This document shows positions 59,051 through 64,000 of a stretch of DNA of 64,000 nt, piece after piece. This DNA comes from Candidatus Latescibacterota bacterium (GTDB lineage Bacteria; Krumholzibacteriota; Krumholzibacteriia; WVZY01; JAKEHA01): assembly GCA_963707635.1 (NCBI GenBank), contig OY970173.1, forward strand, positions 2,681,870-2,745,869, given 5' to 3'. Both the position numbers and the translations under genes were made by a program. The notes under the pieces were generated by a model. It had not been told where the DNA came from. It was given only the letters and a program-made list of their open reading frames with translations, and ran no database searches. Within the stretch, counting starts at the first letter, position 1; the number at the start of each line of letters is the position of its first letter.

Positions 59051-62000
59051 CGAGATTTCTGGATCCACACCGTGACCTTTTCCCCGTTCAGCTCGAACTC
59101 CGTCGTGTCGTTCCACGGCGCCTGACCGCTCGCCATTTCTTCGGAAAGCGTCTCGGTTGCGATCAGCGCTCCCTGCGCCTGAAACACCCGGTCCACTTCC
59201 GAGCCGCCGGAGTAGCGAAGGCGAATCCGGTCGGTGACGTCGTAGCCCGAGCTCTTGCGCAGATTCTGCAATCGATTGACGAGCTCGCGCGCCGCACCCT
59301 CGAGCTTCAATTCGTCGGTGAGCTCGAGCTCGGCGATCACGGTGAGGCCCTTCTCTTCCCGGGCCCCGTAGCCGGCCACCGGGGTCACCGCGACCGAGGC
59401 GTCTTCGCGCGTCAATTCCACCGGCTCCCCCTCCACGTCCAGGGTCACGGTCCCGCGCCGCGCGTACCCCAGCAGCGCCGGCGTATCCAGGCGCTTGACG
59501 GCCTCGGCGATCTTCGGCACCCGCTTGCCGTACTTCTTCCCGAGCACCGGGAAAGCCGGCGTCGCCACGAGGCGGACGAACGCCCCCAGTTCCTCCGCGG
59601 CGACGATCTCGCGCACGTTCAGCTCGTCGAGCACGAGCGAGACCACCTCTCGATTGGACAGGAAGCGTCGCAGCGCGGTCTCGTCGGTCGCGTGCACGAG
59701 CATGCGCGCGAGCGGCTGGCGCACGCGAATCCCGGCGTCGTTGCGCACCGTGCGCCCGATCGACGCGACCTGGAGCGCCGTCTCCATGGTGGCCTCGAGC
59801 TCGGCGTCGACGGCGCGCAGGTCCGCCTCCGGGAACATCGCCAGGTGCACGCTGGCGCCGCCGCCGGTCTCGGCGGTTCGCCCGCGGAGCGCGAGGTAAA
59901 GCTCTTCGGAAAGGAACGGGACGAACGGCGCCAGCAGGCGCGCGACGCCGTCGAGCACGGTGTAGAGGGTGTGGTAGGCCGCGAGCTTGTCGGCGCCGAT
60001 CTCGCCCTTCCAGAACCGGCGCCGCGAGCGGCGCACATACCAGTTGGAGAGCTCGTCGAGCACGAAGCGTTCGATCGCCCTCGCCGCCCGCGTCACGTCG
60101 TACTCGTCCATCCACCCGCGCACCCGTGAGGCGGTGGTGTGGTAGCGCGAGAGGATCCAGCGGTCCAGGAGCGCCGGCGCGCCGCGCTCCTCCCCGGGCA
60201 CGTAACCGTCGATCGCCGCGTACATGGCGTAGAACGCGTAGACGTTGCGAAGGTTCTCGAGGAGCTTGCGCGCGGTGTCCTTGACCCCGTCGCGGTCGAA
60301 GCGCGTCGGCGTCCACGGCGGGCTGGTGGTGACCAGGTACCAGCGCAGCGCGTCGGCTCCGTCCTCGCTCAACACCTCGCCCGGCTCCACGGTATTGCCG
60401 CGGCTCTTCGACATCTTCTGGCCGGCCTTGTCGAGCACGAGCTCGGTGGCGAGCACGTTGCGGTACGAGCTCTCACCCTTGAGGAACACCGAGATCGCGA
60501 GCAGCGAGTAGAACCACCCGCGGGACTGGTCGATCCCCTCGCAGATGAAGTCCGCGGGAAACTGCCGGGCGAACATTCCGCTCTCGTCCCACGGGTAGTG
60601 GTACTGCGCGAAGGGCATGGCACCCGAGTCGAACCATACGTCGATGACTTCCTTCACGCGCTTCATGGTTTCCCCGCACGCACACTTCAGCTCGATTTCG
60701 TCCACCGTCGGGCGGTGCAGGTCCAGCGCCGCGGCGTCGGCCGGAAAGTTGACCGCGCGCTCGCGCAGCTCGGCGATGCTGCCGACCGCGTCCTGCGCCT
60801 CGCAGGTGGCGCACACCCACACGTTGAGGGGCGTCCCCCAGTAGCGCTCGCGCGAGAGCGACCAGTCGACGTTGTTCTCCAGCCAGTTCCCGAAGCGGTT
60901 CTCGCCCACTTCCTTCGGAATCCAGTTCACCGCGCGGTTGGCGGCGAGCATGCGCTCCTTGTAGGAGGTGGTGCGGATGTACCACGACTGGCGTGCGTAG
61001 TACATGAGCGGCGTCGCGCAACGCCAGCAGAACGGGTACGAGTGCGTGATCTTTCCGCTCCGGTAGAGCAGCCCGCGCTCCTTGAGCGAGCGCACGATCC
61101 CGGGGTCCGCGTCCTTGATGAACTGCCCCTTCCATTCGGTGACGCGCTCGTCGAAGGTGCCGCTCGGGGTCACCGCCTGGATCAGCGGCACCCCCTGCTC
61201 GCGGTGCATCCGGTAATCGTCTTCGCCGAACGCGGGAGCGATGTGCACGATGCCGGTGCCGTCGTCGAGGCTCACGAAATCCGCCGCGACCACCCGGAAG
61301 GCGCCGGGCGTGTCGGCGTAATAAGGAAACAGCGGCTCGTACTCGAGCCCGGCCAGCCCGGCGCCCTTGACGGTCGACACCATCTCGACGTCGCCCTCCA
61401 GCACCGACGCCCGCGCCGCGGCGAGAATCAGCACCCGGCCGTTGTGCTTCACGCGCGCGTAGTCGTGGTCGCCGCCCACCGCGAGCGCCGCGTTCGAGAC
61501 CAGCGTCCACGGCGTCGTGGTCCAGACCAGAAAGTACTCGTCGGCGTCGCGCCGCTTGAACATGACGAACACCGACGGGTCCGACGCGTCCTTGTAGCCC
61601 TGGCTCACCTCGTGGCTCGAGAGCGACGTCTCGCAGCGCGGGCAGAACGGGACGATGCGGTGCCCGCGGTAGATGAGTCCGGCCTTCCAGAACTCCTTTA
61701 GAATCCACCATACCGACTCGATGTAGGCGTTGTGGTAGGTGACGTAAGGGTGCTCGAGGTCGAGCCAGTACCCCATGCGCCGGGTGAACGCGACCCAGTC
61801 CTTCTCGTAGCGGAACACGCTCTCGCGACACTTGCGGTTGAACTCGGCGATGCCGTACGACTCGATCTGCTCCTTGCGCACGATGCCGAGCTCGCGTTCG
61901 ACTTCGATTTCGACCGGCAGGCCGTGGGTATCCCAGCCGGCCTTTCGCACCACGCGCATCCCCGCGCATGGTGTGGTAGCGGCACGCCATGTCCTTGCAC

Positions 62001-62206
62001 AGGCGCGCGATCACGTGGTGCACGCCGGGGCGGCCGTTGGCGGTCGGCGGACCCTCGTAGAACACGTACTGGCGGTCGGCCGGGCGCTCGTCGACGCTAC
62101 GCTCGAAGATGCGCTCGCGCTCCCAGTAGGCGCCGATGGCCTCTTCCGCGCGGGGCACGTGGTCGCTCGAGGCGAGCCGGGGCAAATGCGGAGGCTTCGG
62201 AGTCAT
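59047..62206 (-). CDS. ileS: Isoleucine--tRNA ligase (type 2); apparent +1 frameshift in a G-run at 61960-61963
   Basis: FYEGPPTANGRPGVHH, GWDTHGLPVE, WTTTPWTL, GTGIVH, DWSLSRERYWGTP, KMSKS. Confidence 0.95.
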
Positions 62207-63036
62207 GCCCGGCGACCCGCGTCCTGGAGGTACTCGACGATCAACCGCCGGAGTTTCGGTTCCGCCGCGTTCGCGGTCGCGATGATGCGCGAGAGGTCGG
62301 CCGGTTCCAGCGCATCCGGGCGGCAGAGATCGGTGACCACGCACATGCCGAGCACCTTCATGCCGGCGTGAATCGCCACCAGGTTCTCCGGCACCATCGA
62401 CATCCCCACCACGTCGGCGCCGACGCGGCGCAGAAACCGGTATTCGGCCGCGGTCTCGAGGTTCGGGCCGGCCACCGCCACCAGCACGCCCCGGCGCAAC
62501 GGCATCCCGAGGCGCAGGGCGGCCGCCTCGACCAGCGCGCGGCGCGCGCGATCGTAGGGTTGCGACATGTCGGGGAATCGCTCCCCCAGGCGGTCGTCGT
62601 TCCAGCCGATGAGCGGGTTGTCCCCCATCAGGTTGATGTGGTCGGTGACCACGACCAGATCGCCCAGATCGAAGTGGGGATTCATTCCGCCGACCGCGTT
62701 GAAGATGATCAGTTCCTCGACCCCGAGCGCGCGCATGACTCGGATGGGGAACGTGATCTCCTCCATCGAGAAGCCCTCGTAGTAATGAAGGCGCCCCTGC
62801 ATCGCGACCACCGGCTGCCCGCCGAGTTCGCCGAACACGAGGTTGCCCTTGTGCCCGACCGTGGTCGAGGTGCCGAAGCCGGGGATCTCGTGGTAGGGGA
62901 CAGCGGTTTCCACCCGCATCGCGTCGGCAAGGTCGCCCAGCCCGGTGCCGAGCACGATGCCGAAGCGGGGGCGGGTTCGGGCCCGCGCGATCACGCTGTC
63001 AGCAGCCTGCTGAATCCGTTCGAACAGTCCGTGCAC
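62203..63036 (-). CDS. Purine-nucleoside phosphorylase
   Basis: GIVLGTGLG, QGRLHYYEG, DHINL, GPNLETAAE, GADVVGMS..PE; GTG start inferred. Confidence 0.93.
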   Translation of the reverse strand: MHGLFERIQQAADSVIARARTRPRFGIVLGTGLGDLADAMRVETAVPYHEIPGFGTSTTVGHKGNLVFGELGGQPVVAMQGRLHYYEGFSMEEITFPIRVMRALGVEELIIFNAVGGMNPHFDLGDLVVVTDHINLMGDNPLIGWNDDRLGERFPDMSQPYDRARRALVEAAALRLGMPLRRGVLVAVAGPNLETAAEYRFLRRVGADVVGMSMVPENLVAIHAGMKVLGMCVVTDLCRPDALEPADLSRIIATANAAEPKLRRLIVEYLQDAGRRA

Positions 63037-63198
63037 GGTGGTCTCCCTCGAAGGTCGCACGTCGAGACGCGCCGCGGGGCCGGCGCCAGAAGGCGTGGAT
63101 TCTAGCAGACGAGTCGAGGCGACGGAAACGACCAAAGTCTTCGCGGAAAGACCGGGCTTCCGGCTGGGCGCGCGACCGCGAGGTGCTCGCGGCGACGG

Positions 63199-64000
63199 CT
63201 AGCGTCCCTCGGGATCGAGCGGGCGGGTGGGTACGATGTTCTGCAGATCGCGGCGGAACTGTTCCATGTTCCACTCGGCGGAACCTTCCGGTGCGGACCC
63301 ATCCGACCGGCCAGGCGGCGACTGCATCGCGAGCGGCGGCAGCTCCAACTTCTGCGTGTTCTCGAGCACCTCGCGCTGCCCTTGCGAGAGGCGATCGAGG
63401 ATCTCCCCGAGTCCGGGGATCGCGTCCGGGCCTGGAACCGGGGCCGTTGACCCCTCGAAGAGATTCGCCGGCCGCGGCGCCGGCATGGGCGCCGACTCGG
63501 GGGCGGCCCGCTCGACGCGCTCGGGCGTCCGCTCGTGACCGTCGATGTTCGCGCGGTCCTCGGCGCGGTAGTCGCGCTCGGCCGATTCGATGAACTTCAC
63601 GTGCGACTCCGCCACGACCTTCATCTTCGCGAGGTAGGCGTCGCGCTGCGAGCGCAACCGCTGGACTTCCTGGCGCAGCCGGGCGGCTTCGGAGGTGATG
63701 TCGCGCAGGGCCTTTTCCGCGGTAAACTGCGCTTCCTTGACGATCAGGGTCGCTTCGCGGCGGGCGTTGTCCTTCGACTCGACGGTCACCCGCTCCGCCG
63801 TGAGCAGCGTGTCGCGCAGCGTGCGCTCGATGGTGCGGTACTCCTGCACCTTGTCGTCGAGCTCGAGCAGGCGCTCGCGCAGCGCCTTGTTGTCGTTGAG
63901 CACGGTCTCGTACTCGTCGGCCACGGTGGAGAGAAAGGCGAGCACCTCATCCGGGTCGAGGCCACGCATGACCCGGCGAAACTCCTGCTTGCGAACGTCC
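63199..64000 (-). CDS. divIVA: DivIVA domain protein (5' end beyond window)
   Basis: RKQEFRRVMRGLDPDEV.AFL, long coiled coil (LRDTLLTA..A..EA.LIVKEA). Confidence 0.9.
   Translation of the reverse strand, partial: DVRKQEFRRVMRGLDPDEVLAFLSTVADEYETVLNDNKALRERLLELDDKVQEYRTIERTLRDTLLTAERVTVESKDNARREATLIVKEAQFTAEKALRDITSEAARLRQEVQRLRSQRDAYLAKMKVVAESHVKFIESAERDYRAEDRANIDGHERTPERVERAAPESAPMPAPRPANLFEGSTAPVPGPDAIPGLGEILDRLSQGQREVLENTQKLELPPLAMQSPPGRSDGSAPEGSAEWNMEQFRRDLQNIVPTRPLDPEGR

Noticed and set aside
61955-61970. Programmed frameshift in ileS
   Set aside because: No slippery heptamer or stimulator is present, and the same +1 pattern occurs in four unrelated genes, pointing to sequencing error.

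Overview
High-GC bacterial chromosomal window. The gene content suggests an FCB-superphylum diderm, probably Latescibacterota/Krumholzibacteriota-like (inference from the PorU-like C25 protein with a FlgD/T9SS-type C-terminal domain, the divIVA-pnp-ileS-dksA-lspA order, and secreted proteins ending in TWGxxKALYR). From left to right the window holds: (1) a 2-oxoacid dehydrogenase/lipoate operon with two E1-alpha genes; (2) a stand-alone P-loop ATPase and a Cas4/AddB-like nuclease; (3) citrate synthase, the glyoxylate shunt and a second, active-site-altered eukaryote-type citrate synthase; (4) a surface-polysaccharide and catabolic operon; (5) two paralogous lipoproteins; (6) a 1.2 kb islet at tRNA-Asp; (7) a peptidoglycan-sugar recycling operon that uses an ABC transporter; (8) a C25 gingipain/PorU-like transpeptidase next to four small secreted Cys-rich proteins, three sharing a C-terminal TE.TTWG.[IV]KALYR tail and one with a dockerin-like tail; (9) tRNA-Val and a housekeeping/partner-switching block. 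Item 8 is the best candidate for an undescribed protein-sorting or surface-assembly system. Six single-base insertions break five genes, including ileS, and are most likely sequencing errors. All calls come from motif recognition by eye; no searches were run.
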